Assembly (NCBI GenBank): GCA_973895155.1
Contig: OZ316894.1
Location: 1,752,457-1,816,456, forward strand
From: Marsupella aquatica
Lineage: Eukaryota; Plantae; Marchantiophyta
Length of the DNA: 64,000 nucleotides
Direction: 5' to 3'
Made by a program: the position numbers and the translations under genes. This document shows, one piece after another, positions 24,675 to 36,485 of the stretch (its first letter is position 1; every line of letters begins with the position of its first letter). The notes under the pieces are model-generated. The model was given only the letters and a program-made list of their open reading frames with translations. It was not told where the DNA came from and did not search any database.

Positions 24675-27600
24675 TGTTTGGGACTGCCATAAGAAACATA
24701 CATGTTAGTCAAAGCCAATGAGTGGAATGGCATAAGAACACTGGAGAGTGAAAACAAATACCTCAAAACATCAACTCTTATGTCGGTTGCCAACTATCCT
24801 CAATTGTTGTGAAGGCTTCATAAAAGAAACTGTCCAATAATGCCAATCTTTTTTGACATGATGACTGCAAGCCATGACCAAAGCGACGATCCTGGTTCCA
24901 TCTTCATCCATTTGCAAGTAAACAAGTCTGACAAAAGCAAAGAACTATGAAGAAAGTAACATTTGAATTGGAATAGGTCACAATGATACTCTCAATACTA
25001 GAACTCAAAGTGCATTATGATAAATGGAGACCAGTGCAGGGAGTGACTTGGGTGAAGAACCTGAAATATTCGTGGCGGATATGGGCAGACTGTCCTTCCT
25101 CCTCCTCCCTTCTCTAGCTCGACGTCAGTACTTGAAAGTAAACACCTTTGGAGAAATCAGTATGATCCATGTGAGAATGATATCCAGCAAAAACGGCTCG
25201 GCATCCAACATACTGTCTACAAGGTCAATTTGTGGCACACTAATAGACTCCCAGACTAATGACACCCGTAGATGGAGTCGCGTAGATACTGGAAGAAGCC
25301 TTTGACCTTCGTAAGATAAACTAGATGAAGCCTTCGACCTTTTATGAAGGTTCAACATTGTTATAAAGACAAAGGAATCAGAGGATCATGACAAAGGAAT
25401 CAAGGAATCAATCATTGACGTCAAAGCTGCCTTCGACCTTCATAAGGGATAGTAGATAAAGCCTTTGATCTTCTCATGAAGTTTCGACAATCGTTATCGA
25501 CACAAAGGAATCAGGGAATCAATGAAGAGTTTGCGATCGAGTCAACTAAGGTTTCTGGCTTCCTACCTCGTCTGCCTGGATCGCTCGATCCAGGACGCGG
25601 CCGCAAATGGATCAGTTCTTGAAGGAGGTAGAAGTCGATCACTCACTCACTCATCAACAACTAAGCCGTGACGAAGGCAGTCTTATCACTAGGATTTCCA
25701 CCTTCGTGCAGATTTATTGAGCAGCTTCTGGCCATGATCTGCACTGCAAATAATTAGAGTTCAAACTTCACGGTCGGAAGAACTGCCTGATTCTATGATG
25801 CGTTCACGATGTGGTCTTACGGGACCTGCAGCTTCCTAATGATTAGAGCCCATACGAGAGCCCATACTCCACGGTCGTGAGAATCTCCTAGCCTGACTCC
25901 TTATGAGTTCACGACCTGCTCTTACCGAATTGCAGCTCTTACCGATGTGCAGCATGAAGGACCTGCTCTTACGGAATTGCAACGTGAAGTGGTCAGAAAC
26001 CCGGAAAAGCTGTTTAGTATTCTCGATCAACTGGCTAGAGCATTCGCTGGCTCCGTGTACGCGAGCGTGTATGCAATGGTCGTCCTATTCTGAAGGTCTT
26101 CTATAACACAGGATTTGAATCTACACAACATTTGACGTTCTGTGTCCTTATATAGAATGCATCATTTTCCAAACCTCTCGTTGTAGCTCGATGAGAGAGT
26201 GGTATCACTCGCACAGTACAAAATCGTCACCGACTACTGAAAGAGGTCCTTTCAACAATTATACTGCGAGTGACCATGATTCTGCCCAACATCGATCGAG
26301 AGAAAAACATGACAAATAGAAAAAGTTGGAAATGTCTGGGGATCAGATATGGACTACCGCCTCTTACCCTGACTCAATTGAGGACTCAAAGGACGATCGA
26401 GGCAGACTACAGATTGGAGGCGACACATACCACGATCACTCAGCCAGATTAGAAACGATCACAACAGCTCCACAAAAATTTTGCCAATGAAATTCTGGCC
26501 GAAGTAAGTGACTCTATGGAAACACGCTGAATGTAAAACAGAGGTGAGACAATGCTTCAATCTGCTTCAAATTGAGTCTGGTTCAAATTGGATGAAAACT
26601 GCGAAGTACAAAAATTGTGTAAGTGAAGGAACGCTGATTGCTGATTGCTGTCGGTGGAACTTGCAATTCAGCAGGCGTGGAAGGATGGAGAGAGATGGGG
26701 CACGCACACATAGGCGTTGAAGGACGGAGAGAGATGGGCTGAAGTCGTCACTTGCAAAAGAAAATGTCTGCCTTTCACTCACCCTGCGTCAGAGAGGAAT
26801 GCGGAAAAGTTGCCGGGCCGAAGGACTGTTCACCCGGGATCACTGTGCATCCGGGCAGCAAAGAATGACTAGGCGGGCAGACCAAGGGCCCTTTTATAGT
26901 GGCACCTGTGGTTTAAGAACAAAAGATGTCGTGTCGGCCAAGATGCCAGTGATAACAAAAGATATCGTGTCGGCCAAGAGATCGTTGAGAACAAAAGATG
27001 TCGTGTCGGCCAAGAGGTCATTGAGAAGGAAGATGTCGTGTCGCCCGAGATGTTGTTGAGAACAAAAGATCGGGCAAAAGATGTCATGTTGGCCAAGATG
27101 TCGGTGAGAACAAAAGATATTGTGTCGGCCAAGAAGTTGTTGAGAAGAAAAGATATCATGAAGAAATACCCATGCGTTGCACAAAAATTGTCGTGAAGAA
27201 AAAATATGTTGTGTCCCCCAAGATGTTGTTAAGCAAAAAAGATGTCCTGTCACTCAAGATGTTATTAAGAAAAAAGATGTTGTGTCATCTATGATGTCAT
27301 TCAGAAAAACAGATGTTGTGTCGCCCAAGATGTTATTATTTAAGAAAAAAGATGTGGTGTTGCCCAAGATGTTCCTAAGAAAAATAATGTCGTGTTGCCC
27401 AAGATGTTGTGAATAAAACCCATGCGTTGCACAAAAGATGTTAAGAAAAAAGAAATTGTGTTGCCAAAGATGTTGTTATGTAAAAGATATTGTTATATAA
27501 AAGATGTCGCAAAGTAAAAAGATGACATTAAAAAAAAGTCGTGGACTAAACAGATGTTGTTCAGAAAAAAAAAGTCGTGTCACCAAAGATGTCATGAAGT

Positions 27601-28009
27601 AAAAAGATATTGTCAAGCAAAAAGATGTCGTTATATGTGAAAGATATTGTCAAGTAAAACGATGTAGGGGCGCCAAAGATGTTGTTATGTCAAAGATATT
27701 GTCAAGTTCAAAGAAATCGTGTTGCCAAAGGTGTTGTGAAGTAAAAAATACGTCATCAAGTAAAAGATGTCATCAAGTAAAAAGTTGTCGTGATGCCAAT
27801 AATGTCGTTATGTCCAAGATTGATGTGGTCAAGTATAAAGATGTTGTTATAATGTCAAAGATGTCGTCAAATAAAACTATGTCTTGACTCCAAAGCTGTC
27901 GTCAAGTAAAAAAATGTCGTTAGTCATAGATGTTGTGAAGTAAAACATGTTGTTGCATTAAATGGCGTTAAGGAAAAGATGTGCAGAAAATGTCAATAAA
28001 TTTTATGTT

Positions 28010-28400
28010 CTTGCTCAAAAGCTGGCTCTTAGAATTAAGGCAAGCGATGGAGAATGCAAGTGCTGCTGTGGGCAGATTGAGTCATTGCCACACCTGTTTT
28101 TCAGCTGTGGTTTTGCTGCGCGGTGCTGGCAGCTATATCAGGCGGTACTTGGGGACCTCCGCTCGCCCTGTGATGCAGGGCTGATGGCCATTGTAGACTA
28201 CTCGCTGGGGAAGAGTTTGGTGCACTCCATAAAGATGTTTGTGCTGTACCAGATGCTGTGGCTACTGTGGACAGCTCGCAATGTGCATATGTTTCAACCT
28301 GGTGGCCATCATACATTTGATTTTGGACTGGTTCTCTCAGAGATGGCTGTGCACTTGTACGCTGTCAGTCGTTGGCTTTAGGTTGGCAAGAACACTCTCG
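28010..28400 (+). mobile_element. L1-type LINE 3' fragment (zf-RVT domain)
   Basis: CKCCCGQIESLPHLFFSCGFAARCW ... LWLLWTARNVHMF matches the zf-RVT pattern CxxC-ExxxHLFFxC...W...WxxRN. The ORF's first residues are minisatellite sequence. Confidence 0.8.
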
Positions 28401-29245
28401 GCTTACTCAAGCCAAGGAGTGGAGTGATGTAAATTGCAAGAAATGGTTTAGGTCGGATCAGAGGGGATATGTCACGGGTATTGCTTGATATAATGCCATG
28501 AAAAATGAGGGCGGTAGCCTAAGTTTTGAGGGCATTATACTCATAATGCCAATAACTAGGACATTAATGTGTGTAAAACTTGAGTGATTTTTAGGTAACA
28601 AACAAGAAAAAGTGAACCTCTGAATAGAAGATCCAAGCATGAATTGGCCAAAGGCATGAAAGAAGTTAAAAACAAATATTGTAATTTGGATCTTGACTTG
28701 TAATTTAGTCAAGATCTCAAGATGATATTTTGTTAGTATCATCATATAAGATTTGGATATCATCTTGAGATCTTGACTAAATTTAAATTAGTTTTTTGTA
28801 TGGTAAAACTATATTTAATTTTTACTTTTACTATATTTATGGTGTTTTGTATAATCCACTCCTAACAAAAAGGGGTGCATTATTGAGAATTAATGCACTC
28901 AAATATACAAAGAGAAAAGTCACGAAAGTCTTTACGTGGATGGAAATGCATACTAAGAATGTGTGCCCCCAACAAGAGATCAGGTTCAAGGAGTAATGTG
29001 CAGAATTGCACTCTAACACTATTTAAGGCACAACATAAGCTGTAACATGGATTGCCAGTTACAAGGCAATGGGGCGGGTTGCCGCATGGAAGAATACTCT
29101 GAAAGAGCTGGGTTGCCGGGTCACCTTGTCTTCGTAGTACTTCGTATGGGTTTCCTCCAACAGGAATTTTTTTTCCTGTAAGAGGGAAACTATTTTCTGT
29201 TGCTGGCACACTACAAATGATTAAGTGATTGGGTTATTATATTCA

Positions 29246-29440
29246 CTAGCCTTGACTACCCGTTCCTTGAACGAAAAGAGATGAGAACCAAAAGGTAACT
29301 TGCACAAAAAACTATTCCTAGATGTTTTGGTTCATCTTTTACCCTGTGTTTTGAGGTTTCATGGAAAGAGATGAGAACCAAAAGATAACTTGCACAAAAA
29401 ATTATTCCTAGATGTTCATCTTTTACTCTGTGTTTTGAGA
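29246..29440 (-). repeat. Helitron-like 3' terminus (different family) with ~85-bp tandem duplication
   Basis: A|CTAG at 29246 followed by the hairpin CGTTC-CTT-GAACG (29261-29273). AAAGAGATGAGAACCAAAAG.TAACTTGCACAAAAA...CTGTGTTTTGAG is duplicated at about 29275 and 29365. Confidence 0.5.
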
Positions 29441-29806
29441 GTTAGAGTAGAGTCACGGTCTAGAGGGTTCACTTTGGACCTAGTAGGCCTTTGCAGTAGC
29501 TTCCGTTAGGGAATTATTAGTAAGATTTCTTAAGAGTTTTAGTTTTTGGGGGTTGGAAGGCTGGTTTATTTGAGGATGGTCTTTGAAACAGAGACCCCAT
29601 GCAACCCTTTCCCTGAATCGTCCCTCGAGCTGCTCTAGCTGGCAGCTCAATTTCATCTCTCTATCGTTACAATCTCAGCTCATCTCTGCCATGGTATGAA
29701 ATTCCGAGCTACCAAAGATCTGCTGGGGCGAACCACCTGCTCGTGTCGTAATACCCACATCGTGAATCGACTCAGGAGCCACGAAATCAATTGATCTCCA
29801 GCTATC

Positions 29807-32800
29807 ATGGGTAATTTGTTTCCTTCCTCTTCCATGCGTTTCCGAGGTCAAATTTGATTGGAATCTCGGCATGTTCCCCGTCAGCACAGCTTCGATTTTG
29901 AGAGGTTTCTGGAAGTCAGTATTGCCTGTTTCTTGCTGAATTTGGCGTCGTGTTTGAAGTCTGGATGACGACCTATGCTCTGTATCTTAGCCATCTGGGG
30001 ATGACATGCTCTCTCAGCAATCTGCTTAAACCCTAATTCTTGAAAAAGTCTGCAGTGAATGTCTTCCCCGAGAAGTTTCCGTGAGTATTTTGTGCGGTTC
30101 CAGGCATCGGCTCATGCATTGGAAGAAACAGCACAAACTTATCAGTGCTTAAGCCTCCATTGTTGGGGATTCAAGCGATTCGACCTAATTGTCTGATATT
30201 GGGGGACGTAATTGTGCCAATCACTCTTTACTGCAGCATGCCGCAAATCTGTTGTTGAGCATATGTTTTGGGTGCTTTTGCAGATTATGCCGCGGAGCAG
30301 GAGGAGGAGATAGAGGCGCTCCAGGCGATCCTCATGGATGACATCGAAGGTAACTCGGTACTTCTGTTCGTTTTGATTCCAGAAATGTTCCCGCGGATAT
30401 ACTCTTGAATTTTGTGATTGTGGAAATACCTTACGTCCAATTTGGCTGAGTGAGTCGGCGACAGGTTCATATAGAATGATTGCAATCAATCAAACGTTCA
30501 ATGGATGACTTTTGACCTGATGTTTGGCATTATCGCCATGGGTTTATCAGTGTTTACTTTCTTCATTGTAAGACGACAGTTTGAAATAGTGAACTTAGCA
30601 AACTCTTTTGCAGGATTTCTCTTGGGGTGACAAAATACTAGTCACTGCGTGTATGAAAGTTTGCAAAATTGATCAGCTAACTGAATATAATTGTCAGATT
30701 ATTATCGGCGCTCAATTATATTGAGATCGTATCATATGGTCATTATCAGCCGTTCCGAAGATTAGCAACGAATCTTACTAGTGTCTCATGGTGGCATGAA
30801 CTGCAGAACTGAACAGTAACGAGAGTGGACTTCACACCGATGCTCGGTGCTTCCAAATCACCATATCCCCAAAGGTTTGCTTTCCAAACATTCTTGATGC
30901 AGTGATTTTGTTCTTTTCTCAGCTGGTAACAGATGATTGAGGGGCCCGTTGAGAGGGCTACGTCTGTTGATGTGGAGCTTTGTTCCTTAGGGATCTCTTG
31001 TTTGGCTTGTGATGATGAGGAGGAAGACATGCGTTATTAAAGCTGTTTGTCATTCGGATAGATTTACGGGTTTTCGTGTAAATATGATAGAATGTTGGAC
31101 CTCTGAAATTGTACCAGTGAGTGCCAACGTCTATAACTTGACATACCTCAGAAACTTGTGTGGACACCATTGAATTATGTAAAGAACTGATCTGATTGCA
31201 TTGTTAGTACCTGCCCACAAGTTTCTGATGGTGTCTCTGTCCTTTTCAGGATGACGATGAGGACGAACCAACGGATATTCCAGGTCTGCCTTTCTAAGTA
31301 GGTGTATATTGCCAGCTCGATCTTATATGTCGACAAACGTAGCTGCTTTGTATGTCGATTTTCTTGATACTTTTGATGACTATTTCAAGGGATTACACAT
31401 CATTTACTTGACGGCCTCATTCTGAAGTCCAAAAAGATTTTCTCTCTAGTAGCTGAGCCCTGCCAGCGAACTTTGGTAAGAGTGCGAAAATTCGATCATG
31501 GCATCTCGATGAATCCTCCCAAGGTTGATTAATTTTTCTTGACTAATACGATATTCTTTCACTGCAGTACGATTAGCGTTGATATTTGCACACACACCGA
31601 CTTACCCGGATGAACCACCCTTGTTGGACGTGAGGAGGTATTATTAGTAGAGAATTAACCTTAGACACAGTGAACAAGACAAAAGCTGATATGTTTGCAT
31701 CTAGTGACAAGCATAATGTCGTTGTCTAGAGCTTTTGTAGAGATTTATGTTTGGTGCATTTCAGAAAAATAACTTCCAAATGTTAGGCAAGATTGATGAG
31801 TTGTGAATTCGATTAGAAGGCAGAGTTTCAAAGCTCGTGAAGAGTTAGGTTCTTGAAGGAAGTTGGTTGGATTTGGCTCTAGGTCTCTTTCGGGATTCGG
31901 GAGTTGGTTCTTTGATCTTTCAAGCGTGAGGCTTACCCTGTTTCTTGTAACGAGCATCATTGCAGTTTACAAGGAGTGAAGGTCACCGATGTGAAAGAGC
32001 TGAAAGAGAAGCTTGTCAGTGAGGTATGTCTGAGCAGCATTCACCCCAAAAAGTGCTCATGTCCATCACTTCGTACATGGACAGCTGAATATCCTGGCAC
32101 TGCTATAGAATATGTCATACATATTCGTGTATGTCACGGCCAAGCAAGGTGAACGAAGGAATGTAGTAGATCTGATGTTCCTCTACGGAATGTGGTACAT
32201 GATGTCCCAAAAAGTGCTCATCTCCATCACTTCGTAGATGGTCAGCTGAATACCCTGGCACTGCTATAGAATGTCATACATATTCGTGTATGTTACGGCC
32301 AAGCAAGGCGAACGAAGGAATCTAGTAGATCTGATGTTCCTCTACGGAATGTGGGACATGATGTAGGCTTCCGAGAACCTTGGCATGGCAATGATCTACA
32401 CCCTTCAGACGAGTGCTAAAGAATGGCTACGAGAAAAGTTTGGTCAAGATCTGGGTGACCTTGACGAGGAGGATGACGATAATGGTCAACCAAAGGATGA
32501 AGTAAGGGGATAGTTCATTTCCCTTAACTCGTTTGGATTACCAGGAGCGTTGTTCTTTGCCCGTGATAGAGTCTGTGTTGATCTCAACTGTGAGCTAAAT
32601 ATGTGACAGCTTTCTTGTCCTTGACCATGTGGCTCAAATCCCATCTATCCATGAATAATGATTTCAGGTTGGACGAAGCCATTTGCAGTCTTTACCAAGA
32701 AATAGTATTTGTATGTCATTAGCGGCCAGGTACTGTTTTCAGGTGGGCTGAAGCCCTTGACACTTATGTACTTAAGAAAAGTTATCGCTTGTGTCGTTTG

Positions 32801-33737
32801 TCGTCAGGTAGTTGAACCCCACGGAGAAGCTGTCACAGTTGATTCCTTTTTGGAATGGAGAGAGCGATTTGAAGCAGAGCTAGCTCTTGAGAAAGCAAAG
32901 TATACATCTTTACTAAACTGATGCTTCTCTGTTCCTTCCTGTTGATTATTCCGAGACATAAGTATCGCGACGATTGCGTAGGCATCTTGAGACTGATGAT
33001 TGTCTCCAAAGTTTTAGATTTTGCTACAATTTGTCTACTTCAGCACGTATGTGTGTGGACATTACGTTTTATGGTGCTGTGACAGACTGTCTCGTTACTT
33101 CCCATTATCAACGTCTTCGTGCTCCCCTTGTTTCCAGATTGATGCCAGAAGCTGCACTGTTGGCGTCTAAAGAGAAGAGATTATCTGGTCGGGCCTGGTT
33201 TGAAAGTGGACGAGCTGCAGCTGTGGTATTGTTCACGTCACTATCAGGCTTTGATTTCCCCTTTCTTTCTTACAGGACATGGCTCAGGGCATCAAATTTT
33301 GGAATCAGGGTTCTTTCAACTCCTAATCTTCAATTTTGTTGTCGTGAGCCTCGTCATCCAACGACAGGTCAAATTGATGCTGTTTTGTCATGATTGTGCT
33401 CATCGTGTGCAGAAAGGAAGCAAGATTATTGTCGAAGATGAGGATGAAGACGAAGATGAGGATCTTGACTTTGAAGATGACTTCGAAGATGACGAAGGTA
33501 ATTTATCCAGCTGGTGCGAGTAGTCACAATTGTCTAGTGGCTGGAGAAACTTTTCAGGTTCATTTTGGTTCTCTCTTGATCATAGAACTTATTGTTCTCC
33601 GTTACCAAGAATGAAGTGAGGAGAATAGCTTGTAATGACACCAAACTGCTGGCTGTTTGATTGTAGAAAATGATGAAGACGATATGCTGGATCATTATCT
33701 GTCTCGAAAGCAAGATAAAATCCCTTCCCGGACCTGA
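29807..33737 (+). CDS. RWD domain-containing protein 1 / GIR2-like (DRG-binding), ~256 aa
   Basis: Exons 29807-29810, 30284-30349, 30807-30874, 31250-31283, 31568-31637, 31966-32023, 32367-32501, 32808-32899, 33138-33225, 33413-33497 and 33667-33737 give 771 nt. Peptides: MDYAAEQEEEIEALQAILMD, HTPTYPDEPPLL, SENLGMAMIYTL, HGEAVTVDSFLEWRERFEAE, RLSGRAWFE, then an acidic tail. The 4-nt first coding exon is inferred from phase. Confidence 0.95.
32046..32364 (+). repeat. ~160-bp tandem duplication forming almost all of RWD intron 6
   Basis: CCCAAAAAGTGCTCAT...GGAATGTGG(T/G)ACATGATGT at 32046-32205 and 32206-32364, highly similar. Confidence 0.92.
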
Positions 33738-34777
33738 TCAGCTTATAGCGTTTCAATTCGACTAGACTTCTCTGGTAGGGCGGTCTCCAAGTCCTGCTCT
33801 TTTGTACAAAGAGGTTTCTACTTCAAAGCTGTTGCAGGCCGGAAATGCCGTGGAAGTAGTTAAAACAAGCTACTTTTTTGGCCTCTCATTGCTTCATCTG
33901 GGTTCCTTCAAAATGTTCGTCACCTACTTTTCAAGAACTTATCGAGTGCATCTCACAGAGGGCGTGCATTCAGGTTGCATGATAGCACGATGCACAAAAG
34001 TGTGGAGATCTGTGGGTATGCCCTTCACTTCTTGGCTGTACTGTATCATCAGAGAATTTTGTCACCCGCTGGTCTGAGGAGCTGACAAGAGACCATTGTC
34101 ATATTTTCTTTTTGACTTATTGGCTTTGTCCGCATCAAGGCACAAGATAAAGATTGCGTTGTAACGCCCGGTAGCCAATCCAGTCTTGGATAGCTCTTCA
34201 TGATTGCTTCATCGTTGCACTGGTGCATTCAAACTTTTCTTCTGCCTACTATAATCATGGATCGGGAAGATCTGCAACAATTTTGACTATTCTACGCTGT
34301 CTGGTGTAATTGTGGATGGTGTGTAAGTCCTGTTTCTGTAGTGGTCGAAATATTATTACTTGGTCTGGATAATTCAGTTGATCTTTGGTGTGCTTCTCTA
34401 TATGGGTAATTAATGTGTGAAGTTAACAGACAATGGTACAATTCAACTTAGAAGAACAAATATCTAGTTTGATCACAGGATGCGAAGGAGTTGTACAAGG
34501 GGAAATCAGTGTAGATTTTGATCGGATAATATTTTTCAGAACTGGTTGGGCCAGTCTAACTGTGCCAAAGCGACCCATTTTTGCCCACAAACTACTAACC
34601 ACTGCCACGTGAAGTTGGTACCTGGTGTATAACCAACTTGCAGCCTAGCACTTTTAATAATTGAAAACTCACGGGATGGCCATCCAGTGCCACGAGGGTG
34701 AAGAGATAGACCCACTGCAGCCTCATCCCAATATAGAAGAATGGTACCCTTAAACTAGGCTAATTAGGAACTGCCTC

Positions 34778-34865
34778 CCACATTTTATATGACAATCTAC
34801 CCCCCATACCAGATATGGATTCCCACATTTTATATGACAATCTACCCCCCATACCAGATTGGATT
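34778..34865 (+). repeat. ~44-bp tandem duplication
   Basis: CCCACATTTTATATGACAATCTACCCCCCATACCAGAT(A)TGGATT occurs twice. Confidence 0.85.
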
Positions 34866-35819
34866 CCTCTTAACCCATCACTACGAACCCTTGCTGCATT
34901 GGATTGGGTGAGTGGCCCTAAACCCCACTGCACACTTTGAATGTTTGAAGAGGTGTGCTGGAGGGAGTGGCTCGTTTATTACAGGACTGGACATGGTAGG
35001 GAAAAGACTGGGTCTCACATTCTGGACCTTAACCTCTTGACCAATCTAAAGCTAGGGTTAGGTTAATAAGACTTGATACCCTCCCTAGCCTTCTTTCATT
35101 GACTGAAATATAGGCCCTCAATGCCTTCCTTTCAGAATTTTCAAGAAAAGTTTCACTATGTCTGGGTTTAACTCAGGGCGTGGTAGTCATGGGCTATTTA
35201 TATGCACTAGTGTGAATGCTCAGGCATTCTTTGAATGTAAATAGAAACCATGACAAAAAGAGTGTATGATCATCATTGACATATCCATCATATTTTTATG
35301 CACATGGTGGGGCCTCAATCTAGAAACCTTCAGTCTTCAACTTGAAGCTCACTTTGAACATAGTTTGACACCAAATTAAAAAAACTACAAAACCTTCATG
35401 TGAAGTGATGGCTCATCAGTTTTGTGCGTTCTTCCCACCAAAACGACAAGCGCCCTTTCGTCAACGACTGAGTGCTGTCCTCCAGTCTGTCTTGTGGTGG
35501 TAATGCTCAACGTAACTCACAAACGATCAATCAAGATTGATAGAAATACAATTTCTCAAATGTGTAAGGAAAAACCGTAGAAAAACTTAATATATTCCTC
35601 CACATTCAACCTTCCGTTTGATAAACGGAAGAAATCATCTTAACCAGATCAATCTCCTCTATCTTTCGAGCGTTCTCTTTTGTATAAGCACACACCAGAC
35701 CACCGGGAGACTCAAACCCATCTATTACCGCCTTGCTGAAAATTGATTTTGAATGATTCATTTCTCGATGGCCTCAATCCAAGGAGTGTCTCATATCATG
35801 CACGAAGTTTTGGGAGAAT

Positions 35820-36100
35820 AAACACCCTAAAAGTTAAGTCAATAAAGTTTCTTTTAGGAATATTTTTACCCTAACATAATGGAATATTCCAAAAATATTC
35901 CCAAATTTGATTATAATTCTCAGAATTGGATTAAAATAACCCTAATGTTCTTTAACAAAAATTTAAAAGTATTTCACTAAACTAAAAAAAAACCCTATAC
36001 CTATTTGCGCATGATGGGTCAGAAGAAAAAGTGAGGACCCCCGGGATTCATCACACACACATTCCTTGGATGAACATGGGGTCCACGGATTAATTAACAA
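35820..36100. repeat. AT-rich dispersed repeat, related to 41740-42100 and (inverted) 52335-52533
   Basis: Shared blocks GAATATTCC.AAAATATT, ATTAAAA..ACCCTAATGT, GCA..TGATG.GTCA and CCGTGGACCCC.TGTT.ATCC.AGGAATGTGTG (the last is inverted here). Confidence 0.55.
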
Positions 36101-36485
36101 TATTTTTAACATTTTGATGTAAAAACACCGACTTTGTAGTGTAGGCATTATTTTTAAAATTAAAATATAATAAAATAGCAGAACATGTTAGTATTAGCTT
36201 TGGCCTTACAAGTATTAAAGCAACATAAGTAGGGGCTATACAAAAATTCAATAAATTCAATGAGAAGTCAAGCATGACTTCATTTCTGGAGGATCTCTTT
36301 GTGTTGGAATCATGTGTCAAACCTTTGCTCTAGCAACCACATAATTCCAACTCTGGCTCTCCACTAGGTCTCATTTGGGTTGATCTAGAAGTGTAATTTA
36401 ACTCATAAACGCTCAGATACCTTTATTATTAACAGGATATATATAATTAAAACAGGCTTGTGCATTGTCGTGCCAGGGGTGATGT

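Larger units (their letters stand above)
18342..26912 (+). mobile_element. Kolobok-superfamily DNA transposon, full length (8571 bp), non-functional transposase
   Basis: TTAA at 18338-18341 and 26913-26916. TIRs ACCACAGCTGCCAGTATAAGAGG and (rc) ACCACAGGTGCCACTATAAAAGG match at 20/23 positions. Internal DDE transposase and a convergent KolX-like ORF. Confidence 0.88.
18212..27995 (-). mobile_element. Second Helitron-like minisatellite element, split by the Kolobok insertion (18212-18341 and 26913-~27995)
   Basis: Same terminus as 9000 (AACTAGCTCAATA...TTGCACAAAAGATG). The minisatellite stops at 18341 and resumes in register at 26917. Removing the insert restores the unit GATGTTGTTAAGAACAAAAGATG. 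Confidence 0.7.

Noticed and set aside
18338-26916. piggyBac (TTAA) or Tc1/mariner (TA) assignment for the 8.6-kb element
   Set aside because: The junctions formally allow a TA TSD with AACC ends, but the transposase has DxWH and E.FHS..KYA.KR motifs and a convergent KolX-like gene. It lacks piggyBac CC ends and a DD34E/D signature.
29691-29700. ATG|GTATGA as the RWD start exon
   Set aside because: A phase-0 donor is incompatible with the phase-1 acceptor at 30284; 29807 fits.
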